Assembly: GCA_963822965.1 (NCBI GenBank)
Contig: CAWGJT010000010.1
Location: 768,001-832,000, forward strand
Source: an uncultured delta proteobacterium
Lineage (GTDB): Bacteria; Myxococcota_A; UBA9160; UBA4427
Length of the DNA stretch: 64,000 nucleotides
Reading direction: 5' to 3'
The position numbers and the translations under genes were made by a program. Each line of letters begins with the position of its first letter. Within the stretch, counting starts at the first letter, position 1. The notes under the pieces are model-generated. The model ran no database searches. It was not told the DNA's origin and was given only the letters and a program-made list of their open reading frames with translations. Shown in pieces: positions 29,652-39,927 of this stretch.

Positions 29652-31640
29652 GTGGATCGTCTCCCCGCCCGCAGCCCTTCGCGCCCCCCGCCGACCTGTT
29701 GCCGCGCCCTCTCGGTGCTCGTGATCCTCGGCGCGATGCTCGTCGTGGCCTCGGCGTGCGGTGAGCCCGCCGGACCGCGCGAGGCCCCGGACGCAGAGGC
29801 CCGATCGTCGCTTCCCATGTCGCGCCCGCTCGTGCGGTTCCGTCCCGAGCCGGGGGTACGCCCGGGCGAGGGCGTGCAGATGCGGTGGCTCGGCATCGGC
29901 GGGGAGCCCCTGCGCGCGTTCGTCTGCGAGCGCGACTGCTCCGTGTCCATCGACGGCGGGCACCCGCCGCAAGGCGATCTGCAGGCGCGAGCCGCGGTGC
30001 TCCCGGGACCGGCGCACGAGGCCGTATCGTTCGCGGTGGTACGCGAGGGGCCCGGACCGGACGGCGCCGGGTCGATCCTGTGGGCGGCGTCGCTGCAGGC
30101 CGGGGAGACGCGCACCCTGCGCGTGCCATTCCCCGCTTCCCGCGGCTCGACCCTGCGGCTCGTGGCTCGTGTGCCCGGAGGTCCTTCGCTGCGAGCGGCT
30201 TGGCTCGAGCCCCGGGTGGTGGGGACGCGTCCGGCCCCGCCCGCCGCACCGGGAGCTCCGAACATCGTGCTCGTCACCTCGGACACCACGCGACGGGATG
30301 CGATCGGATGCTACGGCGGCACCACCGCGACGCCCGAGATCGACCGGCTCGCAAAGGAGGGGGTGCTCTTCGAGAACGCGCACTCGGTGGCCTTCGGCAC
30401 CAACCCCTCCCACGCCTCGCTGATGACCTCGACCCACGCAGCCCGTCACGGCGTGACCGACAATCGCGTGGTGCTGGGTCCCGACCTGCCGGTGCTCGCC
30501 GAGGTCCTGGCCGACGGCGGCTACGCAACGGTCGCCTTCGTGAGCGCGGTGGTCCTGACTCGCGCCGCCGGTCTGGCACGAGGCTTCGACCTGTACGACG
30601 ACAGCTTCGGGCTCGAGCGCCCGGGGGATCGCACCGTCTCGCTCTTCACGCGCTGGCTGCGCGAGGAGGCGCGCCCCCCGTTCTTCGCCTGGATCCACCT
30701 CTACGACCCGCACCAGCCCTACGCGCCCCCGGGCGGCCGCGAGCGGCCCTATCTCCCCGCCAGCGTCGACGGCGAGACGGTGGCCCGCGTCGACTCGCTG
30801 ATCGCTCGTGCGGACACCCGGGGCCGTCCGGGCTTCATCGATCCCGTCCGCATCGAGGAGCTGGCGCCGGACGCGCTCGGCGACGTCGACCGGGTGGCGC
30901 GCGCCCGCTACCAGGGCGAGGTCGCCTTCGTCGACGAGCAGATCGGGCGCCTCCGCGCCGCCCTCGCCGAGCGCGGGCTGCTGGACCGGACGATCTTCGT
31001 CTTCGCCGCCGACCACGGGGAGAACTTCCTCGATCGCGGCGTCGTCGTGGCCTTCGACCACGCCGGGCTCCACCGCGACGTGACGCAGATTCCCCTGATC
31101 CTGCGCCTGCCGGGCGGGCCGTTCCTGGGGCGCAGCGCGAGCCTGGTCTCGAACCTGGACGTCGCGCCGACCCTGGTCGCGCTGGCGGGTCTGTCCGCGC
31201 CCGCGGAATGGACCGGCGCGCCCCTCGTCTCCGCCGCAGGAGAGCTGCTGGATCCGGCGCATGGTCACCTGGTTCTCGAAGGCGCACACCGCCGCGAGAC
31301 CGCGGTGCGGACGAGCGAGTGGCTCTATCGGGCCTTGCGTGCGCCGGTCCGCGACTCGGCGCACGTGCAGGCGCTACAGGGCTACGCGCCGGGTCGTCCG
31401 GTCGAGCTCTACTCGCTAGCGACGGATCCCGACGAACGGCGCGGCGTGTATCCCGGGGACGGGGACGCGGGCGGGCCGGTGCTCGCGTCGCTCCAGGGGA
31501 TCGTGGCGGCGTTCGCCGCGAGCACGGGCTCGGCGCCGGTGGCGGCCGAGCTGGACGCCGCCCACGTCCGGGCGCTCGAAGCGCTCGGCTACGGGGAAGC
31601 CCCGGGTGCAGGCGAGGGCGGCGCAAGAGATCTCCCGTGA
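29652..31640 (+). CDS. Sulfatase-like (alkaline phosphatase superfamily) lipoprotein with extra N-terminal domain
   Basis: PNIVLVTSDTTRRD, TNPSHASLMT, HLYDPHQPY, ADHGE, LEALGY; lipobox-like ASAC. Confidence 0.82.
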   Translation: MDRLPARSPSRPPPTCCRALSVLVILGAMLVVASACGEPAGPREAPDAEARSSLPMSRPLVRFRPEPGVRPGEGVQMRWLGIGGEPLRAFVCERDCSVSIDGGHPPQGDLQARAAVLPGPAHEAVSFAVVREGPGPDGAGSILWAASLQAGETRTLRVPFPASRGSTLRLVARVPGGPSLRAAWLEPRVVGTRPAPPAAPGAPNIVLVTSDTTRRDAIGCYGGTTATPEIDRLAKEGVLFENAHSVAFGTNPSHASLMTSTHAARHGVTDNRVVLGPDLPVLAEVLADGGYATVAFVSAVVLTRAAGLARGFDLYDDSFGLERPGDRTVSLFTRWLREEARPPFFAWIHLYDPHQPYAPPGGRERPYLPASVDGETVARVDSLIARADTRGRPGFIDPVRIEELAPDALGDVDRVARARYQGEVAFVDEQIGRLRAALAERGLLDRTIFVFAADHGENFLDRGVVVAFDHAGLHRDVTQIPLILRLPGGPFLGRSASLVSNLDVAPTLVALAGLSAPAEWTGAPLVSAAGELLDPAHGHLVLEGAHRRETAVRTSEWLYRALRAPVRDSAHVQALQGYAPGRPVELYSLATDPDERRGVYPGDGDAGGPVLASLQGIVAAFAASTGSAPVAAELDAAHVRALEALGYGEAPGAGEGGARDLP

Positions 31641-31730
31641 TCCTTCCGCGCGGAGGTCCGAGCGGGATCGGCTCCGGGGGCGTGGCTCCCGAGCTCCGGG
31701 TGGGTCGCCGCGCCGTTTCGCGCGCGCCGC

Positions 31731-32537
31731 TCAGCCCGCCGTCGCGGTCTCCCGCAGGCGGGTGCGGAAGAGGCCGAGCACGCGGTCCAGGGCCTCGCGC
31801 GTCGGATGCCCCGCCTCGTCGACGAGCTCGGTAGTCACCACCGAGTGCGCGCTGCGCGGGAGCCCGTAGGGGTTGCCCGGGCTGGAATCGATCTCGACCG
31901 ACTCGAAGCCGTCACCGAGCTCGCGCCGCAGGCGAGCGAAGCGCTCCTCGGGCACCAGCGGGTCGCTGGTGAAGCGCAGGCCGAGCACGCCGCAGCCCCC
32001 GGCCGCGCGCTTGCGGACGATCTCGAGGTCGGCGTCGGAGACGTGCAGGGCCTCCTTGTGGGAGCGGCTCAGCGGGAAGGGCAGGGACGGCTGGGACAGG
32101 ACGGGAGCCATCACGCACTCGTCCACCATCAGGGCCAGCGCGAAGTTCCCGGTGAGGCACATGCCGATGGCGCCTACGCCGGGGCCCCCGCACTCGGCGT
32201 GCGCATGCCGGCAGAGGGCGCGCAGCCAATCCGTGATCGGGCTCGAGGCCCGGCGGGCGAGCACGGAGAACTCCCGGCTCACGCAGGCGCGCGCCATCTG
32301 GCCCACCAGGTACCCGGTCGAGAGCGGCTTGTCGGGTGTGCCGAACAGGTGCGGCAGGTAGACCCGGAAGCCGTCGTCCGCCACGATACGCGCGAAGCGG
32401 GCCACCTCCGGCGTGATCCCCGGGATCTCGTGCATGACCACGACCCCCGGACCGTCGCCGCGGCGATAGACGGTACGCTCCGCGCCGCCGTGATCGAACG
32501 GTGCGGAAGTGAAGCCCTCCAGCGGCGCGGCGCTCAT
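31731..32537 (-). CDS. Dienelactone hydrolase family protein
   Basis: VMHEIPG, GAIGMCLTGNF nucleophile motif, AHSV. Confidence 0.88.
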   Translation of the reverse strand: MSAAPLEGFTSAPFDHGGAERTVYRRGDGPGVVVMHEIPGITPEVARFARIVADDGFRVYLPHLFGTPDKPLSTGYLVGQMARACVSREFSVLARRASSPITDWLRALCRHAHAECGGPGVGAIGMCLTGNFALALMVDECVMAPVLSQPSLPFPLSRSHKEALHVSDADLEIVRKRAAGGCGVLGLRFTSDPLVPEERFARLRRELGDGFESVEIDSSPGNPYGLPRSAHSVVTTELVDEAGHPTREALDRVLGLFRTRLRETATAG

Positions 32538-32745
32538 CGCCTTCTCCTCCCCTTCTCTACTTCCTCGCTTCCACGGCTCGTCCCCGGCTGTTGCGCCCAC
32601 GTCGGCTCCGGAGCTGCGGGCCGGCGCGGAGCGGGCGGGGAACGGGACCCAAGGCTCCCCCGGGCGCAAGCCGGGGTCAAGCCCGATGGAGGGACGGCTT
32701 CGATACCCTCGGCAGCCGGCGGTCCGACGCCGGGAGGAGGCTCGC

Positions 32746-33531
32746 ATGGATCTGGGACTGGCCGGCCGTACGGCGCTCGTCACGGGCAGCTACCGCGGGA
32801 CGGGCGCGGGGATCGCCGAGACCCTGGCCGCCGAAGGCGCCACGGTCTTCGTCCACGGCTTCGAGCCGGGGCAGCCCGAGCCCGTCGTCGAGCGCATCCG
32901 CGCGGCGGGCGGGGACGCCCAGCCGGTGGTGGGCGGGCTGTTCGACGATCTCTCGGCCCGATCGCTGGCCGCCGAGGTGCTCTCCCGGACCGGGGGCGTC
33001 GACATTCTGGTCAACAACTACGGTGTCGCCGAGCGCGGGCGCTGGTTCGACGAGACCACGGACGACTGGGTCGCCATCTACCAGAAGAACGTCCTGTCGG
33101 GGGTCCGGCTCGTGCGGGCCTTCGCGCCCGGCATGCGGGAGCGAGGCTTTGGTCGGATCCTGTGGCTCGGCACCGTCGGTGCGGTACGGCCGGGCGCGCG
33201 CATGCCGCACTACTACGCCTCGAAGGCGGTGCTGCCGAATCTCTGCGTCAGCCTGGCGAAGGAGCTGGCGGGAAGCGGAATCACCGTGAACCTGGTGAGC
33301 CCGGGGCTGATCGCCACCGCGGAAGTGAAGGAGCAGATGGCGCGCCGTGCGGCCCGGGGCGACGGCGACGGAGGCTTCGCTGCGGCCCTGCTCGACAACC
33401 CGATCGGACGCATGGCGGAGATCGAAGAGGTCGCGAGCCTCGTCGCCTATCTCGCGAGCAACCGTGCGGGTGCCATCCAGGGCGCCAACTTCCACATCGA
33501 CGGGGGATCCGCGGACTGCGCGCTGCCCTGA
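32746..33531 (+). CDS. SDR family oxidoreductase
   Basis: LVTGSYRGTG, ILVNN, YYASK, VNLVSPG, IDGG. Confidence 0.9.
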   Translation: MDLGLAGRTALVTGSYRGTGAGIAETLAAEGATVFVHGFEPGQPEPVVERIRAAGGDAQPVVGGLFDDLSARSLAAEVLSRTGGVDILVNNYGVAERGRWFDETTDDWVAIYQKNVLSGVRLVRAFAPGMRERGFGRILWLGTVGAVRPGARMPHYYASKAVLPNLCVSLAKELAGSGITVNLVSPGLIATAEVKEQMARRAARGDGDGGFAAALLDNPIGRMAEIEEVASLVAYLASNRAGAIQGANFHIDGGSADCALP

Positions 33532-33593
33532 CGGGCGGCCTGCGCCGACCGACGCGGGGCTCCGCCTCCGCGCGCGTGATAGGATTCACCTTC

Positions 33594-35363
33594 ATGCGAA
33601 GCCCCTCGCCGGAGAAGCCGGCGCTGCTGCCGCCGACCACCCGGCGTCGATGCCGCACCGTCGGGCGGCGGCTGGTCTTGGCTTTGCTGCTCCTCGAGCT
33701 CGCTCCCGTGGTGCTGGGCGGCAGCCTCGTCGCCCGCCCGGCCCATGCCGAGGACGCGCCGATCCCCGACGCCGTCGATCTCGAGGTGCGCCAGAAGCGC
33801 AACAGCCTGCTGGGGGTGCTCGAGGCCCTGAAGCGCGAGCGCGCTGCGCTGACGGCGCTCCAGGGTGAGCTCGAGAGCAACCTCGGCCGCGGCCGCGAGG
33901 CGGAGATCGTCTCCGAGATCCAGGAGAGCTCGAAGCGGATCGAGGAGCTGGAGCTGAGCTTCAGCGAGATCGCGTCGGGGGTGGATCCCCGGCTCTTCGA
34001 CGAGAGCCAGGAAGCGCCCATCGACTTCAGCAACGAGCTGCGGGATCTGCTCGGTCCGCTCATCCACGAGCTGCGCCGCATGACGAGCCGGCCGCGGGAG
34101 ATCGATCGCCTCCGCAGCGACATCTCCGACGCCAGGGACCGGCTCCTGACCCTCGACCGCGCCCTGGACAACGTGGCGCGCCTGCGCGAGCTCATCCAGG
34201 ACCCGGTGGTCGGCGAGAAGCTGCGCGTCGAGCAGGCGACCTGGGAGAAGCGACAGGAGAGCGTGCGGACCCAGCTCGCGGTGGCACGCCAGAAGCTCGA
34301 GCAGAAGGAGAACGAGCGCACCACGATCTCCGAGACCGTGCAGCACGTGTTCCAGCTCTTCTTCAAGAGCCGGGGCCGCAACCTGCTGCTGGCGCTGCTC
34401 GCCACCGTGGCCTTCCTGCTGGTGCTGCGCCGGCTTCACCAGGAGCTGCGCAAGCGCAGCCCGCTGGGACGACATCCCACGCCGAGCTTCCGGGCGCGGC
34501 TCTTCAACCTCCTCTTCGCGGTGTTCACGGCCGTGGGCGGGGTGCTCGTCTTCCTGATCGTCCTCTACGTGTTCGGGGACTGGGTGCTCCTCATCCTCGT
34601 GATCCTGCTGATCATGGGGCTCGTGTGGGCCTCCAAGCAGGCGCTCCCCGCATTCTGGACCCAGGCGACCCTGCTGCTCGACATGGGCGTGGTTCGACAG
34701 GGCGAGCGCCTGGTCTACAACGGCGTGGCGTACGAGGTGAAGTCGCTCGGGTTCTACACCCTGATCGAGAACCCGGTCCTCACGGGCGGTGGCCTGCGTC
34801 TCCCGATCAACGACCTGACGGAGCTGCGATCGCGACCCTTCGACGAGAGCGAGCGCTGGTTCGCCACCCGCGAAGGCGACTGGGTCCTGCTCGGGGAGGG
34901 CCGCCTGGCGCGGGTCGTCCACCAGTCGCCGGAAGCGGTGCGCGTGATGTGGAAGGGCGGCGCGGTGCAGGTCTTCCCGACGGCGGACTTCCCCGGCCAG
35001 GCGCCCCTGGTCCTCACGGAGGGCTTCCGTATTTCGGTGACCTTCGGCGTCGACTATGCCCACGTCGCGATCGTCACCGGAGAGGTCGCTGCGCGGCTCG
35101 AGCGCTTCGTCGCCGAGGGCCTGGCGGCGACACCCCACGGCGAGCAGGTGCGCAGCGTCCGGGTGGAGTTCGAGTCGGCCGGGGCGTCGTCCCTCGACCT
35201 GGCCGTGCTCTGCGACTTCCAGGGCGGCGCCGCGGGCGACTACGAGGTCATCAAGCGACTGTTGAATCGGCTGTGCGTCGACGCCAGCAACGCGAACGGC
35301 TGGGTGATCCCCTTCCAGCAGATCACCCTGCACGTCGCGGCGCCCCCGACCCCGGAGGCCTGA
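33594..35363 (+). CDS. MscS-like mechanosensitive channel protein with long coiled-coil periplasmic N-terminus
   Basis: Signal peptide, coiled coil, TM block, FGVDYAH, AGASSLD, IPFQQITLH. Confidence 0.65.
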   Translation: MRSPSPEKPALLPPTTRRRCRTVGRRLVLALLLLELAPVVLGGSLVARPAHAEDAPIPDAVDLEVRQKRNSLLGVLEALKRERAALTALQGELESNLGRGREAEIVSEIQESSKRIEELELSFSEIASGVDPRLFDESQEAPIDFSNELRDLLGPLIHELRRMTSRPREIDRLRSDISDARDRLLTLDRALDNVARLRELIQDPVVGEKLRVEQATWEKRQESVRTQLAVARQKLEQKENERTTISETVQHVFQLFFKSRGRNLLLALLATVAFLLVLRRLHQELRKRSPLGRHPTPSFRARLFNLLFAVFTAVGGVLVFLIVLYVFGDWVLLILVILLIMGLVWASKQALPAFWTQATLLLDMGVVRQGERLVYNGVAYEVKSLGFYTLIENPVLTGGGLRLPINDLTELRSRPFDESERWFATREGDWVLLGEGRLARVVHQSPEAVRVMWKGGAVQVFPTADFPGQAPLVLTEGFRISVTFGVDYAHVAIVTGEVAARLERFVAEGLAATPHGEQVRSVRVEFESAGASSLDLAVLCDFQGGAAGDYEVIKRLLNRLCVDASNANGWVIPFQQITLHVAAPPTPEA

Positions 35364-35411
35364 GCCCGTTCGGGACGCCCCGGCCGATGGTTCGCCGTCG
35401 TCTCACTCCAC

Positions 35412-36740
35412 TCACTCCACGTAGCCGAGCGCCCGCAGCCGCTCGAGGTGATCGGTCCGTGCATCGTCGTCCAGCACCAGCGGGGGGTTGGGCGGCGCGG
35501 ACGACCAGTCCTTCCGCAGCCGCGCCAGGACCGCCCGGAGGGCGTCCCGGCGCTCCGGGTAGAGGCTCGAGACGTCCTTGCGCTCGGCCGGATCCGTGGC
35601 CAGGTCGAAGAGCTCGTCGCGGTCGGCGTGGGCCAGCAGCACGAAGCGGCCGTCTCGCACGCTGACCAGCTCGTCACCGTCGTCGGAGCGCCCGAAGAAC
35701 TCGTAGAAGGTCTCGCTGTAGAGGGTCCGCGCTTCGGGCGGAGCCGGGGGCTCGAGGAGGCTCCGCCCCTCGACGTCCGGAGGCACCGGAAGCTGCAGTG
35801 CCGACAGAATCGTCGGCAGCACGTCGATCACGCTGACTGCGTCGCTCCGCACGCCCGGGGTGGTCCGTCCCGGGATGCGGAGCAGCAGCGGGACGCGCAG
35901 GGTGGCGTCCACCAGCGCGTTGGAGTGGGCGCCCAGCTTGCGTCCGTACTCGCCGAGCAGCTCGCCGTGGTCGGCGACCACCGCGACCAGCAGGTGGTCG
36001 ACCCCGGCGATCGCCTCTACGGCGTCCAGCAGGCGTCCGAACTGCTCGTCCAGCACGGCGCCCTGCTCGTAGTAGCGCTGGCGTTGGGCGTCGGGCGAGC
36101 CCGGACGCACCAAGGCGGGCAACGGCTTGCGGAAGCGGTCGGGGGGCATGTAGGGGCCGTGGGCGTCGTACAGGTGCACCCACAGGAAGAAGGGCTGCTC
36201 CCGCTGGGGCGCCCGCAGCCAGTCGAGGGCCAGGCCGACGGTGCGCGGGCCGGGCCGCCAGTGCCCGGGCTCGGCCGGGCTCTTCTCGGGGCTCGAATAG
36301 GTCTCGAAGCCCTGGGAGAGACCGAAGCGCGGGTCGAGCACATAGCTCGAGACGAAGGCCGCCGTCTGGTAGCCCCGCGCCCGCAGCATCTCGGCCAGGG
36401 TGTCGGCGCGCGCGGGGAGGGCCTGCTCGAGGTAGTCCCGCAGGCCGTGGCGGGCGGGATACTGCCCGGTGAGCAGGCTGGCGTGAGACGGTCCCGTGTA
36501 CGGCGCCGTCGTGAAGGCCCGGTCGAATCGCACGGCGCTGGCGGCGAAGGCGTCGAGTTGCGGCGTCGATCCCTTGCCGCCGTAGGCGCCCAGGAGGTCG
36601 ACGCGCGTGGTGTCCAGCGTCACGAGCAGCACGCTCGGAGGCGCTGCGCCTCGCCCGCATCCCGCGGTCGACAGGATGCAGAGGGCCGGGAGCGCGAGGA
36701 GCGCCAGCCCTCGCGTGCGGCGGGGGCGACCCGTCTTCAC
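35412..36740 (-). CDS. Sulfatase-like hydrolase (probable lipoprotein)
   Basis: VLLVTLDTTRVD, TGPSHASLLTG, HLYDAHGPY, ADHGE, LRALGY; GTG 36740 overlaps the ceramidase stop. Confidence 0.85.
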   Translation of the reverse strand: MKTGRPRRTRGLALLALPALCILSTAGCGRGAAPPSVLLVTLDTTRVDLLGAYGGKGSTPQLDAFAASAVRFDRAFTTAPYTGPSHASLLTGQYPARHGLRDYLEQALPARADTLAEMLRARGYQTAAFVSSYVLDPRFGLSQGFETYSSPEKSPAEPGHWRPGPRTVGLALDWLRAPQREQPFFLWVHLYDAHGPYMPPDRFRKPLPALVRPGSPDAQRQRYYEQGAVLDEQFGRLLDAVEAIAGVDHLLVAVVADHGELLGEYGRKLGAHSNALVDATLRVPLLLRIPGRTTPGVRSDAVSVIDVLPTILSALQLPVPPDVEGRSLLEPPAPPEARTLYSETFYEFFGRSDDGDELVSVRDGRFVLLAHADRDELFDLATDPAERKDVSSLYPERRDALRAVLARLRKDWSSAPPNPPLVLDDDARTDHLERLRALGYVE

Positions 36741-37471
36741 GTCGCCGGGACCGGCTGCCGGTCGAGGTGTCGGTAGAAGTGGAACAGGGCGAAGAGGGCC
36801 GCGGCGGACAGCCCGTGCCAGAGCGCGTGACCCTGCAGCCAGTGGTTGGTCGGATCGCACCAGGCGCGGGTCACGTCCGCGAGGGAGAAGGCCGCGGCCG
36901 CCGCCATCAGGCCGAGCGCCAGGGCGAAGAGCGCATAGGGCGGTGCGGGCACTCCCGGCGGACGCCTCCGGGCGATCGCGATCTCCTGCCCCACGATGGC
37001 GACGATCAGGATGCCGACCAGCCCCTGGATGGGGAAGCGCGTCTCCCCGACGAGCGGGACCAACGCGCTGAAGCCCGCGACGCCCCCGGCATAGAAGAGG
37101 AAGGGCCGCGCCACCCAGCCGAGGCGCAGGGCGTTTGCGGTGATCACCGTGAAGCAGAAGACGAACATCCCCAGGAAGTCGAAGAACTGGAAGAAGTAGG
37201 TGTACGACGCGTGGTAGACCCCGGAGAAGATCCCCACCGCGATGCTGGCGGGACCGAAGAGGCCGAGTCCGAGCGCGCGGCCCGTCGCCGGCCGGCGGCG
37301 CAGGGACACGATCATCGCCACGCCGAACACGATGTAGGCGAGGTTGGACCACGTGTCGGCCGGGTTGACCACCCAGGAGCAGAGCTCCTGCTCGCACCAG
37401 TCGACGTTCGGCGGCGTCCAGCCGCTCCAGGGGCAGCCGGGGGGAGGGGCGGAGCGGTGAAGAAGCGGCAT
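36737..37471 (-). CDS. CREST-family alkaline-ceramidase-like membrane hydrolase
   Basis: VDWCE, TWSNLAY, SGVYH (SxxxH), HALWH (HxxxH), about 7 TM. Confidence 0.8.
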   Translation of the reverse strand: MPLLHRSAPPPGCPWSGWTPPNVDWCEQELCSWVVNPADTWSNLAYIVFGVAMIVSLRRRPATGRALGLGLFGPASIAVGIFSGVYHASYTYFFQFFDFLGMFVFCFTVITANALRLGWVARPFLFYAGGVAGFSALVPLVGETRFPIQGLVGILIVAIVGQEIAIARRRPPGVPAPPYALFALALGLMAAAAAFSLADVTRAWCDPTNHWLQGHALWHGLSAAALFALFHFYRHLDRQPVPAT

Positions 37472-37530
37472 CGCGGCCCGAGCCTACCACGGGAGCCGCG
37501 GCGGGGGACGGGGCGCGCCGCCCGTCGCGC

Positions 37531-39789
37531 TCAGGCCCCGGCGCCGTGGCTCGCGGCGCGGATCGCTTCGAGCAGCTGCTCGGGCTCGTACGGCTTGCGG
37601 AGGAAGCTCACGAGCTGCTCGTCCGGGAAGCTCTCCTCGAGGGCCTCCCGGCTGTACCCCGTGGCGAGCACCACCGGGACGTCCGGGCGGATGCGGCGCA
37701 GCTCCTCGAACACCTCGCGTCCGTCGAGGCCGGGCATCGTGAGGTCGAGCACCACGACGTCGATCTCCTTGGCGTGGGTGGCGAAATAGTCGATGGCCTC
37801 GCGACCCCCGGTGGCTCGCTGGCACGCGTAGCCGGCGCGCCGCAGGAACTCTCCCGCCAGCTCGAGCACGGCCTCGTCGTCGTCGACGACGAGGATGCGC
37901 TCGGGTGCCGCTTCGATCGGCTCGGGGGCGATGGCGATCTCGGGCCGCCGGCGCGAGGGCGGCAGGAGCACGCGCACCCGGGTGCCGCGTCCGATCTCGC
38001 TCTCCAGGGTGACCAGACCGCCGTGGGCCCGGATGATTCCGAGCACCGACGCGAGACCGAGCCCCCGCCCCGAGAACTTCGTGGTGAAGAAGGGCTCGAA
38101 GATGCGGCGGCGCACGTCGGCGTCCATGCCGACCCCGTCGTCGCTCACCTCGACGAACGCGTACTCGCCGGCCTCGGCCTGCACCGCGCCGCTGGCGCGG
38201 GCGAGGTCGCCGGCGTCGAAGAAGCCCCGCCCCGCGCGGATCGTGACGAGGCCCCGACCGTCGGGGAGGGCCTCGTGGGCGTTCGTCACGAGGTTGAGGA
38301 TCACCTGGCTGAGCCGAGAGACGTCGCCTTCGATCACGAGGTCTCCGTCGAGCTGCACGCGGAGCACGCAGTCCCTACCGAGGGAGTCGCGCAGCAGATC
38401 CGAGAGGTCGTGGACGAGCCCCGAGAGCTCGATCGGGGCGAGCGAGACGATGGCTTTGCCCGAGTACGTCAGCATCTGCTCGGTGAGGCGCGCCGCGTGC
38501 TCGGCCGCCGATCGGACGCGTACGAGCTTCGCAGCCGCCGGAGCGTCGTCGGGCAGCTCCTCCTGTACGAGCCGGGTGTTTCCCAGGATGACGGCGAGCA
38601 GGTTGTTGAAATCGTGGGCGATGCCGCCGGTCAGCATGCCCAGGCTCTCGACCCGTTGGGCCGCCTCGATCTGGCGTTCGAGCTCCAGGCGCGCCTCCTC
38701 GGAGAGGTGGGCTTCCGTCACGTCTCGCGCCGCCCCCAGCACGCGCGAGACCCCCGTCTCCGCGTCCGTCTCCGTCCGCAGCTTGACGTCGATCCAGCGG
38801 GGCTCGCCGTCCGGTCGGACGATGCGGTAGCGGCTGACCGTGTTGTCCGCCTGTCCCCGGGCGAGCTCGTGGTCGGCCTCGGAGGCTTCACGGCCGTCCC
38901 CGTGCAGCAGGGCGGCCCAGCGGGCTCCGTCCAGGGTCTCTGCGGGATAGCCCGTGATGCGTTCGAACGCCTCGGTGACCCACTCGCGCCGGATCCCCAG
39001 GTCGGGGTCGACGCGAATGGAGAAGCTGAAGTCCGAGCTCAGCTCGGAGATCGCGCGGTAGCGCTTCTCGCTCTCGGCCAGGGCGCGCAGCGCCTGCTGG
39101 CGCTCCTCGATCTCGTGCTGGAGCGAGGCGTTCGCCTGGGCGAGCGCGGTGGTGCGCTCCGCCACCATCTCCTCCAGAACGTCGCGGGCCCGGCGCAGGA
39201 CGTTCGCGTTGTGCTCGGCCACCGCGTAGAGCTGGATGGCGAGCAGCACCGGGCCCGCGACGAGCCAGGCCAGCAGCATGGGCGTGGGTGCGCGACCCGA
39301 GAGGATGGTGCTCAGGATGGACGCCACGCCCAGCGCCGACATCGCGATCAGGGCCGGCGCCAGCAAGCGGAAGGCGCGATGGTTGCCCGGCCGGGGCTGG
39401 TGGCGGATGGCGATCACGCCGGTGTATCCCGTGATGCATACGGTGGGCAGGCCCATCAGGTTCGCGACGGTGGTCTGATCGGCCATCGAGAGAAGGGTGC
39501 GCAGCAGGCCGTACGCGAAGACGGAGGGGAGAAGCCATTCGGGGGGCCGCCGCTCCATCAGCACCAGCGTGCCGCCGAGGATCAGGGCCGGTGCCACCGA
39601 CCCGTAGACGAGATAGGTGCGGCTCAGCACGGGGTGGCTGTCGTGAAGCGGGATGATGGCGATGGCCAGCGTGGTGAGGCCCCACGAGAAGAAGAACCAC
39701 GTGGCGGGCGACGTGGTTCCCGGACGCATCATCCACAGGCCCAGGAGCACGGTCGCGAGGGTCGCACCCGCGAGGACCGGGTCGTGCAC
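37531..39789 (-). CDS. Membrane hybrid sensor kinase/response regulator with PAS domain
   Basis: GGIAHDFNNLL, FFTTKFSGRGLGL, ILVVDDD, VLDLTMP, FLRKP; start GTG 39789 (or TTG 39828). Confidence 0.9.
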   Translation of the reverse strand: MHDPVLAGATLATVLLGLWMMRPGTTSPATWFFFSWGLTTLAIAIIPLHDSHPVLSRTYLVYGSVAPALILGGTLVLMERRPPEWLLPSVFAYGLLRTLLSMADQTTVANLMGLPTVCITGYTGVIAIRHQPRPGNHRAFRLLAPALIAMSALGVASILSTILSGRAPTPMLLAWLVAGPVLLAIQLYAVAEHNANVLRRARDVLEEMVAERTTALAQANASLQHEIEERQQALRALAESEKRYRAISELSSDFSFSIRVDPDLGIRREWVTEAFERITGYPAETLDGARWAALLHGDGREASEADHELARGQADNTVSRYRIVRPDGEPRWIDVKLRTETDAETGVSRVLGAARDVTEAHLSEEARLELERQIEAAQRVESLGMLTGGIAHDFNNLLAVILGNTRLVQEELPDDAPAAAKLVRVRSAAEHAARLTEQMLTYSGKAIVSLAPIELSGLVHDLSDLLRDSLGRDCVLRVQLDGDLVIEGDVSRLSQVILNLVTNAHEALPDGRGLVTIRAGRGFFDAGDLARASGAVQAEAGEYAFVEVSDDGVGMDADVRRRIFEPFFTTKFSGRGLGLASVLGIIRAHGGLVTLESEIGRGTRVRVLLPPSRRRPEIAIAPEPIEAAPERILVVDDDEAVLELAGEFLRRAGYACQRATGGREAIDYFATHAKEIDVVVLDLTMPGLDGREVFEELRRIRPDVPVVLATGYSREALEESFPDEQLVSFLRKPYEPEQLLEAIRAASHGAGA

Positions 39790-39927
39790 GCGGTTCCCCC
39801 CCCCCCAAAAGAAGCCTTCCTGAATCAAATTAACACAAGCGTCCCGGCCGGGTGCCGGCGATTGATCCGGCCCCGACGCGTGCGCGGCCTCGCCTGCGGC
39901 GAGATCCGATCGCCCGCGGAACGGCCT

